DNA of 63,500 nt, counting the filler, from Anaerolineae bacterium (GTDB lineage: Bacteria; Chloroflexota; Anaerolineae; Epilineales; Epilineaceae), in NCBI GenBank assembly GCA_029262755.1. It is 6 parts of 6 records of this genome, joined end to end, with 100 filler letters (N's around TTAATTAATTAA, not from the genome) between each part and the next. Parts side by side here need not be neighbours in the genome. Positions count along the whole stretch, not along the records: positions 25,243 to 50,994 come from JAJCYU010000359.1; 5 more parts are not named here. One strand, given 5' to 3'. The translations under genes were made by a program, and so were the position numbers. Positions 30,938 to 40,919 of this stretch are shown one piece after another (the first letter of the stretch is position 1; every line of letters starts with the position of its first letter). The notes below the pieces were generated by a model. That model did no database searches and was not told where the DNA came from. It saw only the letters and a program-made list of their open reading frames with translations.

Positions 30938-32413
30938 ATGCATGCAAACGCCATCGATGTACTCCGCAAAGTCGCCCTCTTGGCCGACCTTCCCGACGAC
31001 GTCCTCAAGGTTCTCGCTTCCTCCGCCAAGACGGTCGAGATCGGGGCGCGTGAGATCTTGTTCGCGCAAGGCGAACCTGGCGACGCACTCTACGTGATCC
31101 AGGAAGGCACCCTCCAGATCATCGCGGAAGTCACCACCCGACGCGGAGCGCCTCCGGTGTCCCTGAATCTGGCGACTCTCGGACCCAACGAAGCGTTCGG
31201 CACGTTGGCGCTGATCGACGACGAGCCTCGGTCCGCAACAGCGCAAGCCGAGACGGACTGTCGTCTCCTGCGCTTGGCAAGAGAGGCCGTCGAAGCGACG
31301 ATGGCCGACCCCGACGTGTCGCGTCAGCTGCTGCTCAGCCTGACGGCCATCGTACGCCGGATGAATGGGCAGCTGGGGGAGGTCGCGTTCGGCAGCGTGC
31401 CGTTGCTGGTCGCGCGCACATTGCTCCGCCTGGCCGAGCGACATCCCGAGCCGACGCCTCGAGGCACCCGCATCGGCGTGCCGCTCACGGTGGCGGATAT
31501 CGCGAGCAACAGCGGCCTCTTGGAGCTCGAAGCCAAGAGCATGCTGGACATCTGGTTGGATCGAAGGGTGATCGAACAAGAAGGCAGCTCCTGGCTCCTG
31601 CGCGACGAGGCCGAGTTGGCCTGGAATGCCAAGTGGTCCAGTCAGACTGCCCCCGACGGCGATCCCTCGGAGGAAGCTGCAGGGCTGAAGGCTCCCAGCG
31701 CAACGAGCGAGCGCCCGAGCCGCGAGGAGATCGCGGCGTTCTTGGCCCGTGCGCCGCTCTTGGCGCGTGTGAGGCCCGGCACGATCGCATTGCTCGCGGG
31801 ACATGCCCGTTTCCGTTCGCTTTCGGCCGGGGAAACGATCTTTGAAGAGGGGATGCCCGGCACGGAGTTGTTCATGCTCCGTGCGGGCGACGTCCGCATC
31901 CGCATGAACGGACCGATGGGCGCCCCGATCACGTTGGTCGATCTGCGTTCGCCCGACACCTTCGGCGAGTTGGCCGTCATCGACGGGGAACCGAGATCCG
32001 GCTCCGCCACGACCCTTTCACCCTCACAATTGATCGCGCTCCATCGCGATGACATCACCGAAGCGCTCGATCGCGAGAAGGACTTCGCGAAGGCTGTCCT
32101 GCGCGGCCTCGCGGACATCGTACGCACGATGAACACGCGCTTCTCTGATGTCGCGCTGCTCAACCGGCGCGCTCGCGTTTGCCTGGCGCTGAACACCCTC
32201 ATGGAGCGCCACGGACGACCGGGCGATGAGGGCATCATCCTCGAGCACGCGGTCACGATCGCGGATGTCGCCGCGGAAGCCGGGCTGTACGATACGGAAG
32301 TACGGCGGGTCATCGAGGGCTTCCAGCAGAGCAACATATTGCGCCGGGAGCTCGATCGGTGGGTCATCTTGCAGCCGGAAGTGATCGAAGAAGGCGCGTC
32401 GGACTTCCGCTGA
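30938..32413 (+). CDS. Tandem (double) Crp/Fnr-family protein
   Basis: Two cNMP+HTH units: LFAQGEPGD..FGTLALIDDEPRSATA..LTVADIAS and IFEEGMPG..FGELAVIDGEPRSGSA..VTIADVAAEAG. Confidence 0.9.
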   Translation: MHANAIDVLRKVALLADLPDDVLKVLASSAKTVEIGAREILFAQGEPGDALYVIQEGTLQIIAEVTTRRGAPPVSLNLATLGPNEAFGTLALIDDEPRSATAQAETDCRLLRLAREAVEATMADPDVSRQLLLSLTAIVRRMNGQLGEVAFGSVPLLVARTLLRLAERHPEPTPRGTRIGVPLTVADIASNSGLLELEAKSMLDIWLDRRVIEQEGSSWLLRDEAELAWNAKWSSQTAPDGDPSEEAAGLKAPSATSERPSREEIAAFLARAPLLARVRPGTIALLAGHARFRSLSAGETIFEEGMPGTELFMLRAGDVRIRMNGPMGAPITLVDLRSPDTFGELAVIDGEPRSGSATTLSPSQLIALHRDDITEALDREKDFAKAVLRGLADIVRTMNTRFSDVALLNRRARVCLALNTLMERHGRPGDEGIILEHAVTIADVAAEAGLYDTEVRRVIEGFQQSNILRRELDRWVILQPEVIEEGASDFR

Positions 32414-32432
32414 GTTCGACAAGGGCGCGCGC

Positions 32433-33620
32433 ATGAGCGCAGCACGCGTGCAGGAACCCTTGCGCCTCGCCGTCGATGCGAGCGCAATTCGGCCGCGCGC
32501 GGACGGAATCGGGCGCTACTCGCTCGGAATGCTACGCTCCCTTGCCGCTCTGCCGGCCGACGCGGTGACACTTCTCGTGCTGCATCCACGCATCGCTGAA
32601 CTGCCGCCCGATCTGCGCACACACGCGCCGCCGACGGTCTCCGCTCCGCGTTGCTCCGGCCGCCCGACGGAGTTGTGGCGCATGCGAGCGCTTGGCAACG
32701 CCGCGCGGCGCGTGGATGCTGACGTTCTCTGGTGCCCGACGGGGCGCGGTCGCGCCGATGGTGGAGTGCCGGTTGTATTGAGCGTCCACGACGCGCTGCC
32801 CCTGCGCCGAGCCGGCGCCCTTGCCCTTCCCATTCGAGAACGCCTGGTAGTCGGCGGCGCCATGCGTCGCTCCCTTGCCTCCGCTGTTGCCATCGTGGCG
32901 GTGTCCCCCGATACGGCCGAGGATCTCGTCCGCAGGATTCCGGGGGTCGCATCGCGGGTTTGCGTCATTGGGCAGGCAGCGGACGATCACTTTCGCCGGC
33001 CGGCAAGCGCGGAAGGGATAGCGGCCGCGCGGCACGTCGTTGGGACAACCGCGCCCCTGTGGCTGCATATCGGCCGAATTGATCGCCGGAAGAACGTGCT
33101 GCGCCTGCTCGAAGCATTCAACCGTGCACGCAGGACGGTCGGCGAGCCGTACCCCGTTTTGGTCTTGGCGGGGCCGCCCGGCAACGCGTCGCGTGCAGTC
33201 GAACGCGCCATCGTTCGGATGAGTATCGACGCAGCGGTACGCCGGACCGGATGGCTACCCGATGACGTGCTTCGCGGACTCGTGGACATCGCGGAATTCG
33301 TGGTCTCCGTCTCGCTCCACGAGGGATTCGGTCGCGTGGCGCTCGAGGCATCCAACGCCGGTCGGCCGCACCTGAGTGCACCCCGGGGTGGCGCAGCAGG
33401 AAGTCTTCCCGGCTCCTTGATGGTGAATCCGACTTCTGTCTCTTCGATTGCGAAGGGAATGGTCCGCCTCGCAACCGATCGCGCGCTCCGCACGCGTTTG
33501 GGTGCCGCGGGGGCCGCTGCAACGACCCACGACGATTGGGCACTCTATGCGCATCGACTGTTCGCCGTGCTACAGGCGACGGCGTACGATGGAGATTCGG
33601 TTGCCCCCGTGGCACCATGA
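32433..33620 (+). CDS. Glycosyltransferase family 4 (GT-B)
   Basis: GIGRY, VLSVHD, GRIDRRKN, SLHEGFGRVALEA. Confidence 0.92.
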   Translation: MSAARVQEPLRLAVDASAIRPRADGIGRYSLGMLRSLAALPADAVTLLVLHPRIAELPPDLRTHAPPTVSAPRCSGRPTELWRMRALGNAARRVDADVLWCPTGRGRADGGVPVVLSVHDALPLRRAGALALPIRERLVVGGAMRRSLASAVAIVAVSPDTAEDLVRRIPGVASRVCVIGQAADDHFRRPASAEGIAAARHVVGTTAPLWLHIGRIDRRKNVLRLLEAFNRARRTVGEPYPVLVLAGPPGNASRAVERAIVRMSIDAAVRRTGWLPDDVLRGLVDIAEFVVSVSLHEGFGRVALEASNAGRPHLSAPRGGAAGSLPGSLMVNPTSVSSIAKGMVRLATDRALRTRLGAAGAAATTHDDWALYAHRLFAVLQATAYDGDSVAPVAP

Positions 33621-33686
33621 AGCCACAATCACCTGCGATGCGATCGTTCGTTGAGGGGACCGACGATACCAAGGGGGAGACCTGCC

Positions 33687-35168
33687 ATGAGTTCGGAGTG
33701 GTTTGATGTGTTGCGGCAGGTGAGGCTCCTCGCCGACGTGTCGGACGCAACCTTGGAAGAATTGGCGACGCGTGCCCACGTGGTAGAGGTGGCGGCGGGA
33801 CAGACCATCTTCGAACAAGGCGCAGAGGCGGATGCGCTCTACGTGATCGCCTCGGGTACGGTCCGCATCGACGTGCTCGTCGATATCGAGGAACCACTCC
33901 CCGCCACACTGTCGCTCGTGACGCTGCGCTCGCCGGAGGACTTTGGCTCCCTCGCGCTCATCGACGACGAGCCTCGCTCGGCCAGCGCGGTCGCAGATTC
34001 CGATTGCACGCTCATCGCCCTGTTCCGCAAGGACGTGCGCAGCATCCTTGCGCGCCCGGAACCCGCGCGGGCGATGTTGCGCGCGCTGGCGGGCGTCGTG
34101 CGCCGGATGAACTTGCGCTTGGGCGACGCGGCGTTCGGCAGCGTCGCCGCATTGGCCGCGCGGGCGATCCTCGGCTTTGGCCAACGCTTCGGGGAGGACA
34201 CACCAGACGGTCTGCGAATCGCCCACCCGATGACGCTTGACGATCTGGCGCGCGAGGCGGGGTTGCTGCCCTCCGACCTGCGTTGGATCATCGTCAACTG
34301 GGAGTTCGACAACGTCTTGGAGCCGGAGGAGGGTGCTTGGCTCGTTCGTCGGCCCGAAGTCCTTCGTTCTACGGTGAATCGCTATCGACCCAATCCGGTG
34401 GCGGCCTTCGTTGTGGAGTCGGACGATGCACCGGTTCCGACGCGTGCGCCCGATCCGGACGAGCGGCCGGGAGTCGGCGCCATTGCGGAAGATCTCGCCC
34501 GCACACCGCTGTTCGCGGGCCTGCCACGCTCCAGCTTGGACGCGCTAGCCGGACTCTGCCAAATCCGCGCGTATGCGGCCGGCGCGACGATCTTCGACGA
34601 GGGTCAGGCCGGTAATGCGCTGTACATCGTCCACACGGGCGAGGTGCGCATCCACATGAGCTCACCGACCAAACAGCCGATCAACCTGCTCACCGTTCGT
34701 GCGCCGCGAGCCTTCGGCGAGCTCGCGCTGCTGGATGGGGGCCCGCGCTCGGCCGGCGCCGTGGCCGAAGCCCCAACTCAGCTTATCGCACTCTACCGCG
34801 AAGACTTTCTGGCGTTGCTGGAGTCACAGCCGGCAGCGGCGGACGCCGTTCTTCGCGCGGTCACCGGCATCATCCGCGACATGAACGTCCGTTTCTCCGA
34901 CGTGGCCTTGCTCGACCGAAGAGGCCGCGTATGCAAGGCGCTGCTTGCCTTCGTCGAACGCTACGGCAGGGAGACGGACGAAGGATGGCTGATCGAACAC
35001 CCGATGAGCAGCGAGGATCTCGCGGCCGAAGCGGGGCTGTACGGCGTCGAAGTGCAGCGCATCATCCGCGGCGAGTTCGAGCCCGATCACCAGATCGAGC
35101 ACCGCATCGACAGCTGGCTGGTGCGGGATCTCTCCGTGCTTGAGTCCTGCGCCCGCCGCTACCGCTAG
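33687..35168 (+). CDS. Second tandem (double) Crp/Fnr-family protein
   Basis: FGSLALIDDEPRSASA..MTLDDLAREAG and FGELALLDGGPRSAGA..MSSEDLAAEAG; paralog of 30938..32413. Confidence 0.9.
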   Translation: MSSEWFDVLRQVRLLADVSDATLEELATRAHVVEVAAGQTIFEQGAEADALYVIASGTVRIDVLVDIEEPLPATLSLVTLRSPEDFGSLALIDDEPRSASAVADSDCTLIALFRKDVRSILARPEPARAMLRALAGVVRRMNLRLGDAAFGSVAALAARAILGFGQRFGEDTPDGLRIAHPMTLDDLAREAGLLPSDLRWIIVNWEFDNVLEPEEGAWLVRRPEVLRSTVNRYRPNPVAAFVVESDDAPVPTRAPDPDERPGVGAIAEDLARTPLFAGLPRSSLDALAGLCQIRAYAAGATIFDEGQAGNALYIVHTGEVRIHMSSPTKQPINLLTVRAPRAFGELALLDGGPRSAGAVAEAPTQLIALYREDFLALLESQPAAADAVLRAVTGIIRDMNVRFSDVALLDRRGRVCKALLAFVERYGRETDEGWLIEHPMSSEDLAAEAGLYGVEVQRIIRGEFEPDHQIEHRIDSWLVRDLSVLESCARRYR

Positions 35169-35181
35169 ACGCTTCACGCAC

Positions 35182-35781
35182 ATGGCCTGGCCACCTCGAT
35201 TCTGCGAGTCCTGCGGCGCGCGCGTCAGCGGGACTCGCGTTGCCGAGTCGCGCGTTCGCGATCGGCATAGCGGCGAGGTCGACGAACCGTTGCCGCTCTA
35301 TACGACGTGTCCCGGCTGCGGTGCCCTACGTTGGCGCAACGCAAAGCCGTGCGCCGGTGTGCTCATCGAACGAGACGGCGCCGTGTTGCTTGCCAGGCGG
35401 GGCGTGCCGCCTCGTCGCGACCACTGGGACGTCGTGGGCGGATTTCTGCGGCCGGACGAGCATCCGGAAGACGGCGCGCGCCGTGAAGCCCTAGAAGAGA
35501 CAGGACTGCACGTGCAATTGAATGGTCTGCTCGGGATATGGATCGATCGCTACGACGACGGAACGCACCCCGCTGCGGGCGACCCTGCCGGACCGTCCTA
35601 TGACGGGCTCTTCACGCTCAACATCTACTACCGAGCACGCATTGCGCCCGGCACCGTGCCCCGAGCGGCCGACGACGTCAGCGAGCTGCGGTTCTTTCGG
35701 CCGGACCAATGGCCGACGGACCTCGCCTTCAAGCACGAGCATGCCCTGCTGGAAGCATGGACGCGACATGTTGGCGACTAG
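35182..35781 (+). CDS. NUDIX hydrolase with N-terminal Zn ribbon
   Basis: FCESCG..CPGCG; Nudix box GGFLRPDEHPEDGARREALEETG. Confidence 0.92.
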   Translation: MAWPPRFCESCGARVSGTRVAESRVRDRHSGEVDEPLPLYTTCPGCGALRWRNAKPCAGVLIERDGAVLLARRGVPPRRDHWDVVGGFLRPDEHPEDGARREALEETGLHVQLNGLLGIWIDRYDDGTHPAAGDPAGPSYDGLFTLNIYYRARIAPGTVPRAADDVSELRFFRPDQWPTDLAFKHEHALLEAWTRHVGD

Positions 35782-37088
35782 TGTTCCCGCGTTCTAGGAC
35801 GTCGATCACCCGGGTTTTCGTCGTCGCGGCGTGCTGCGCGCAGTTCGCTCGGAGACTCCTTCGACGTGAAGATGGCCGGGTTCGCCCGGACCTTCCATCG
35901 CCGCCACGCCAACGCGGGCAGCCCGAATACGTGTCGGACGATCAGCCACGGCCAGAGAGGACCGGCCGCCAAATCCGCATCGCGATCCGCGAGATGCATG
36001 CGGTCGGGTAGTAGCTGCGTGCGAAGTACCGTCCAGCGCTCCGCGGCCCCGATCGGCCAGATGCGCAGGATCTCCAATAGCGGTCGTGTGACCTGTCCCC
36101 TTGCCTCTCGGCCTACATTGTCCGCGTCCGCCAACATCACCCAAGCGCGCAGCTGCGGCCGGACCGCGCGGTCCAGTCCCACCAGCGAGTCACGCGGCAG
36201 GTCCAGCGCCAACTCGCGTTGCGCCAACGCGAGCGCGGGCCAGAGGAACCGCGCCGCATGCGGCTCCGCCAATACCTGTCGCAGAGCGCTCCAATCCTCC
36301 GTGCGCAACGAGGACAGCCACAAGCCGACGTCGACGAGCCCAACCGCGCGCATCCGTCGGCAGAGAGCGTCGACGGTGAGATGGGCCAATAGGTGGAGGC
36401 CACGTGGGTCCAATGGGCCGCGGGCAGGAAATGCGAGTTCGAGGCGCAGGCCGCGGAAGGCCTCACCCAACGCGCTGTGCAATTCCACCGGCCGCGGATT
36501 GTCCGGATGCTCGCCGCGAGGGTCGACCACGCTGCGTGCCTCCGGTCGGGACCAAACCTCGTGCTTCCACGTGCGGGCCGTTGCCTGATAGCCGAGGGCC
36601 GCCAAGACCGCTCGCGCTCCGTCCTGGTCGGATTCCGGCACGAACAGATCGAGGTCGGCCATCGGACGGGCCGTTGCACGGCGATAGAGTTGGGGCGCGA
36701 TCCAGCCGCCCTTCAGCCAGGCATGGGCGATGCCGGATGCCTGAAGCGCCGATTCGATCGACCCTCGTTCCGACGCAAGGCGACGACCTCTGGCAAGCGT
36801 TCGCGTCTCGAGATCCGCGATCGCGGCTTCAACCGGCGGGGGCAAGCTCGCGGGAAGGGAAGAGGCGACGAGCGCTCCGAGGCCGGTGGCCTCCAAGAGC
36901 CCGGGCAGTCGAGCAAGTTCGGCGGGAGCGAGCATGTCCAACTCCCGCGCGAGGCCGAACTCAGCCTCAGGCTGATGGGAATGGCCCGCGGCACAGGCGA
37001 AGGCCATCCGCGTCAAGGAGCGGAGCAAGCGCGCATGATGCGGCCGGCTCGGTGCGAGCGAGCGCGGCCCTGATGCTGCGAGGGTCAT
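35778..37088 (-). CDS. Uncharacterised nucleotidyltransferase family protein (NTP_transf_5-like)
   Basis: WLKG..LY..RPMADLDLFV..LGY..VELH..LVD motifs; start uncertain. Confidence 0.82.
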   Translation of the reverse strand: MTLAASGPRSLAPSRPHHARLLRSLTRMAFACAAGHSHQPEAEFGLARELDMLAPAELARLPGLLEATGLGALVASSLPASLPPPVEAAIADLETRTLARGRRLASERGSIESALQASGIAHAWLKGGWIAPQLYRRATARPMADLDLFVPESDQDGARAVLAALGYQATARTWKHEVWSRPEARSVVDPRGEHPDNPRPVELHSALGEAFRGLRLELAFPARGPLDPRGLHLLAHLTVDALCRRMRAVGLVDVGLWLSSLRTEDWSALRQVLAEPHAARFLWPALALAQRELALDLPRDSLVGLDRAVRPQLRAWVMLADADNVGREARGQVTRPLLEILRIWPIGAAERWTVLRTQLLPDRMHLADRDADLAAGPLWPWLIVRHVFGLPALAWRRWKVRANPAIFTSKESPSELRAARRDDENPGDRRPRTREH

Positions 37089-37348
37089 CCAGCACAGTCC
37101 TTGGAAATCCGTAGCCCACCCGTGTTTCATCGTAGGGAGGTCGACGGCTTCGCGGTGGCCGAAACGAGGGAAACCGTGGGCTAATAGCGGCCTTGGGGTC
37201 CTGACAGCGCTTTGCTGCCGGCAAAGCGAACCCTACCATTGTGGCGGTGGCGCCGGAGAAGGCCCACCGCCAGACTTGAACGCGACGCCCCGCGGATGAG
37301 TACGAACCCCGGGGCGTCCGTTGCATCCTCCGACGCTCCTCACACCGA

Positions 37349-39670
37349 TTGGATTTGAGGCAAGTCATGCGCTCTCTTGCAGGTTGGACCAGCATTCTGC
37401 TGGTAGCCTTTATGCAGCTGTGTCTCGCGTGGTCGATCGACAATGCGGAGTGGGTGCCTGGCCTCTGGATCCTGACTCCCGTCGTACTCGGCGGCGTCGC
37501 GGCAGGCGCGCTGTTGTCGCGTTGGACGTGGATGCCTGTTCTGGTCGCCCACGGCTGGAGCCTTGTTCTCGGCGCGTTCGCTACGTTGTATCTCGCGTCC
37601 CGCACGTTGATCGAGTACGAGCACATCGATAGCACGTGGTTTTCAGGCGCGACGTGGGTTGAGCGCTTGGGACGCACGCGCGATTGGTACATGGACTGGC
37701 TGCGTCTTGCCGGGCCCGAGCCGCCCATCCGCGGTACCCTCGATGGCGATATGGCAACGCTCTTCGCCGCCGTAACACTCGGCTTGCTCCTGTGGCTGTT
37801 GGCCTACATATCCACGTGGTTCGCGGTGCGCTATCTCAGCTGGCCGGGCGCGGTCCTTCCCGCCGGTTTTGCGCTTGTCTTCAACCTGGTATCCGCGGGA
37901 AGCGACACCTACGCCGGCTACATGGGTTTCTTCCTCCTCTGCGCGTTCTTGTTGGCTGCGCGTATGCACTTGGCAATCCGCATCGAGCGCTGGCGGGCGG
38001 CACGCGTCGGGCATAGCGCCGATCTCGAGCTGGACTTTCTTCGCGACGGCCTCATCGTGTCTGCGGCCGTGATCGGACTCGGCTTGTTGCTGCCCTCGGA
38101 GGTCGAGGCCGACGTGATGCGCGATCTACCGACGCGCTGGTCGCGCATTTCGGAATCCGCGGAAAGCTTCTCCAGCCGCTACTTCCCCAATCTGAACTAC
38201 CCGACCCGCGGCGGCGGAAACTCCTTCGGTGAACTGATGCCGTTGACCGGCGCGATCGAGCTGGGCACGGATCCGGTCTTCGATGCCCGCCTCGCTCCCG
38301 GCACCACCGTGCGCCCGCGCTATTGGCGCATGGCGGTGTTCGACACGTGGGACGGGCAGGGGTGGCGCCGCTCCGCGGAACAATGGGAGTCCGGCGATTC
38401 GCTCGATTTGGCCCCGGATTGGGAACTCTCCGTTCCGGTCACCCAGACGATCCGAACGTTGAAGCCGTCTACGGAGCAACTCTATGCGGCGCCACAGCCG
38501 GAATCCTTTGATCTCGATGTGCGTGCGGAGGTGGCGGGCGGTGGTCAAGACGTCCTATCGATCTCGAGCCGCGAGCCGTTGCCGATCAACGAGACATACC
38601 AGGCGGTATCCCGGCTGACCATTGCCGACGGCGGCGCGCTGCGCGGCAGTGACGCCGAGCCCGATCCGGCCTGGGTCAGCGAACGCTACCTGTCGACCTG
38701 GGATGGGCTTCCCGAGCGCGTGCCGGAGCTTGCCCGCACGATCACGTCCAACACAACGACCCGCTACGACGCTGCGCTGGCGCTCGAGGCGTGGTTGCGC
38801 ACCAACATGCTGTACGACGAGTCCATTCCTACCCCGCCCGCGGACCGTGACAAGGTCGACTGGTTCCTATTCGAGCAGCAACGGGGCTACTGCGATTACT
38901 ACAGCAGCTCCTTTGTGATGATGGCCCGCAGCCTGGGCATCCCGGCCCGCGTCGCCGCCGGCTACGCGGGGGGAGAGCCGGCCGAAGGCGATGCGGAGAC
39001 GCTACGCGTATGGGACTACGACGCTCACACTTGGCCCGAGGTCTTCTTCCCGCGACACGGTTGGGTCGAGTTCGAGCCCACGGCGGGCGAACCACCTCTC
39101 GGTCGATCGGATCTGGCGGCCGAGCAAGACAACGTCATTCCGCCGGCCGACACGGGTCCGGATGAGCAAATGGACGATTTCCCGCAGGACGAAGACATGC
39201 TGCCTGATCGGGATCCACTCCAGGCACAGGAACCCGCTCCGGAGCGCGAGGTGAGCGGTACCCGCATCAGCGTCCTGCCCATCCTATTGGCGGCAACGAT
39301 CTTCGCGTTCGTCGGCTTTGGAGCGCGCATGGCTTGGCTGCGCCCGTTGCGCGGCCTGACACCGGTGGAAGGCGCGTTCGCGCGGCTGGTCCGAGTCAGC
39401 AGTTGGCTCGGTTTGCGCCCGAGTCCTGCGGAAACGCCGACCGAGTTCGGTGAGCGACTCGGTGGGGCCATCCCCGACGCCAAGGGGGAAATCACCACGA
39501 TCGCCGACGGATTCGTTGCAGAGCGCTTCGGTCGCCGCCGAAGCACAACCATGGCCACCGCCGTAGAAAGCGCTTGGAACGCAGCGCGAAGCACGGTGCT
39601 TCGTGGCGGACTTATCAGGCGCATTCGATCCATGACCGGCCGCGACCAACGCGGGAAACGGCGCCCGTAG
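37349..39670 (+). CDS. Membrane transglutaminase-like protein (TgpA type)
   Basis: N-terminal TM helices; YWRMAVFDTWDG; catalytic GYCDYYSS, LGIPARVAAGY, AHTWPEV..GWVEFEPT; C-terminal TM and ETPTEF. Confidence 0.92.
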   Translation: MDLRQVMRSLAGWTSILLVAFMQLCLAWSIDNAEWVPGLWILTPVVLGGVAAGALLSRWTWMPVLVAHGWSLVLGAFATLYLASRTLIEYEHIDSTWFSGATWVERLGRTRDWYMDWLRLAGPEPPIRGTLDGDMATLFAAVTLGLLLWLLAYISTWFAVRYLSWPGAVLPAGFALVFNLVSAGSDTYAGYMGFFLLCAFLLAARMHLAIRIERWRAARVGHSADLELDFLRDGLIVSAAVIGLGLLLPSEVEADVMRDLPTRWSRISESAESFSSRYFPNLNYPTRGGGNSFGELMPLTGAIELGTDPVFDARLAPGTTVRPRYWRMAVFDTWDGQGWRRSAEQWESGDSLDLAPDWELSVPVTQTIRTLKPSTEQLYAAPQPESFDLDVRAEVAGGGQDVLSISSREPLPINETYQAVSRLTIADGGALRGSDAEPDPAWVSERYLSTWDGLPERVPELARTITSNTTTRYDAALALEAWLRTNMLYDESIPTPPADRDKVDWFLFEQQRGYCDYYSSSFVMMARSLGIPARVAAGYAGGEPAEGDAETLRVWDYDAHTWPEVFFPRHGWVEFEPTAGEPPLGRSDLAAEQDNVIPPADTGPDEQMDDFPQDEDMLPDRDPLQAQEPAPEREVSGTRISVLPILLAATIFAFVGFGARMAWLRPLRGLTPVEGAFARLVRVSSWLGLRPSPAETPTEFGERLGGAIPDAKGEITTIADGFVAERFGRRRSTTMATAVESAWNAARSTVLRGGLIRRIRSMTGRDQRGKRRP

Positions 39671-39809
39671 CGTGACCCAATCCGTCCGGGTCCGGCTGGC
39701 CCGGTACTTGCCTTCCAATGCGCCACAGCCCCACTCATGTCCGCCGGTTCGTCCGCCCGCCTCCGCGTGCAGGAAACGACCGAGCGGGCCCACGTCGCGG
39801 AGACGCCCC

Positions 39810-40880
39810 ATGCGAACAATCGGCCGTTCCACATTCTTGGTCTGCACGAGCCTCGTCTTGTTCGGCTACGGCTGCGGTCCGACCGCGGCACCGGATGAGG
39901 CGGCGGAACCCGAACGCAGCGGTGAACGAGGCGCTGAGGCGCCGGCGGATGCCGACGCGGAAGCGCCGGCGGGCGAAGACGCGAGCGGCTCGAATTCGGA
40001 AGATCAGGCGGCTGACGCCTCGGACGCGACGGGGGAAGAGGCGTCACCGTCTTCATCCGACCAAGATCCCGTGGATCTTGTGGCTTCGGTGAACGGCATG
40101 GGCTTGCCGGTCGCTGAGTTTCAGCGTCAGGCCTTCGATACGCAGCGCTTCTTCGTGGATCGCGGGCTGGATCCAAGCACGGAAGAGGGGCAGAACGAGC
40201 TTATGGCCCTTCGACGCAGCGTCTTGCTTGACATGATCCACCAGTCCCTGATCGAGCAGGCAGCCGCCGAGATGAACATCCGCGCCAGCGACGAGGAAGT
40301 GCAATCGAGCTTGGATGCCTACGAGGAGGCGGTCGCGGAGACCTTGGATCGCACGGACGTATCCGAGGAAGACGTCATTGAAATGGAGCGTAAGGCGATC
40401 GTCGGTCGCAAGTTCGTCGACGCCATCTCCCAGGACGTACCCACCACCGCACGCTTCTACCATGCGCGCCACGTGCTGTGCGCGCAGCGCGCCCCGTGTG
40501 AGGCGGCCCTGACTCGACTCGAAGCCGGCGAGGAGTTCGCGGACGTCGCGGCGGAGCTTTCCGACGACGTGACGACGGCGGATCGGGGAGGCGACCTCGA
40601 TTGGATCCCGCAGATGGACGGCGTGAACATCCTACCGAGCCCCGTCCTGGAGGCCGCCATTTTCGCTCTCGGTGCCGGTGAGCGCTCGAGCTTGATCGAG
40701 AGCGACTTCGGCTATCATGTCGTCGAGGTTGTCGAGATCGACGACGAACGTGCATTGGAAGACGAACAGCGCTTCCAGTTGCGTCAGCGCAGCGTGCAGG
40801 AATGGCTCGCGCAGCAGGTTCGCGACGCGGACATCATCATTTATCCGGACGACCTCAAGGACACGGTGGCCGCGCGCTAG
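39810..40880 (+). CDS. PrsA/SurA-like peptidyl-prolyl isomerase lipoprotein
   Basis: Lipobox-like GYGC; VASVNG; parvulin motifs HARHVL, FADVAAELSDD..GGDLDW, SDFGYHVV. Confidence 0.9.
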   Translation: MRTIGRSTFLVCTSLVLFGYGCGPTAAPDEAAEPERSGERGAEAPADADAEAPAGEDASGSNSEDQAADASDATGEEASPSSSDQDPVDLVASVNGMGLPVAEFQRQAFDTQRFFVDRGLDPSTEEGQNELMALRRSVLLDMIHQSLIEQAAAEMNIRASDEEVQSSLDAYEEAVAETLDRTDVSEEDVIEMERKAIVGRKFVDAISQDVPTTARFYHARHVLCAQRAPCEAALTRLEAGEEFADVAAELSDDVTTADRGGDLDWIPQMDGVNILPSPVLEAAIFALGAGERSSLIESDFGYHVVEVVEIDDERALEDEQRFQLRQRSVQEWLAQQVRDADIIIYPDDLKDTVAAR

Positions 40881-40919
40881 GTGTAGGCGCACTCCCCACA
40901 CACACGGAGGGTCGGGCGC

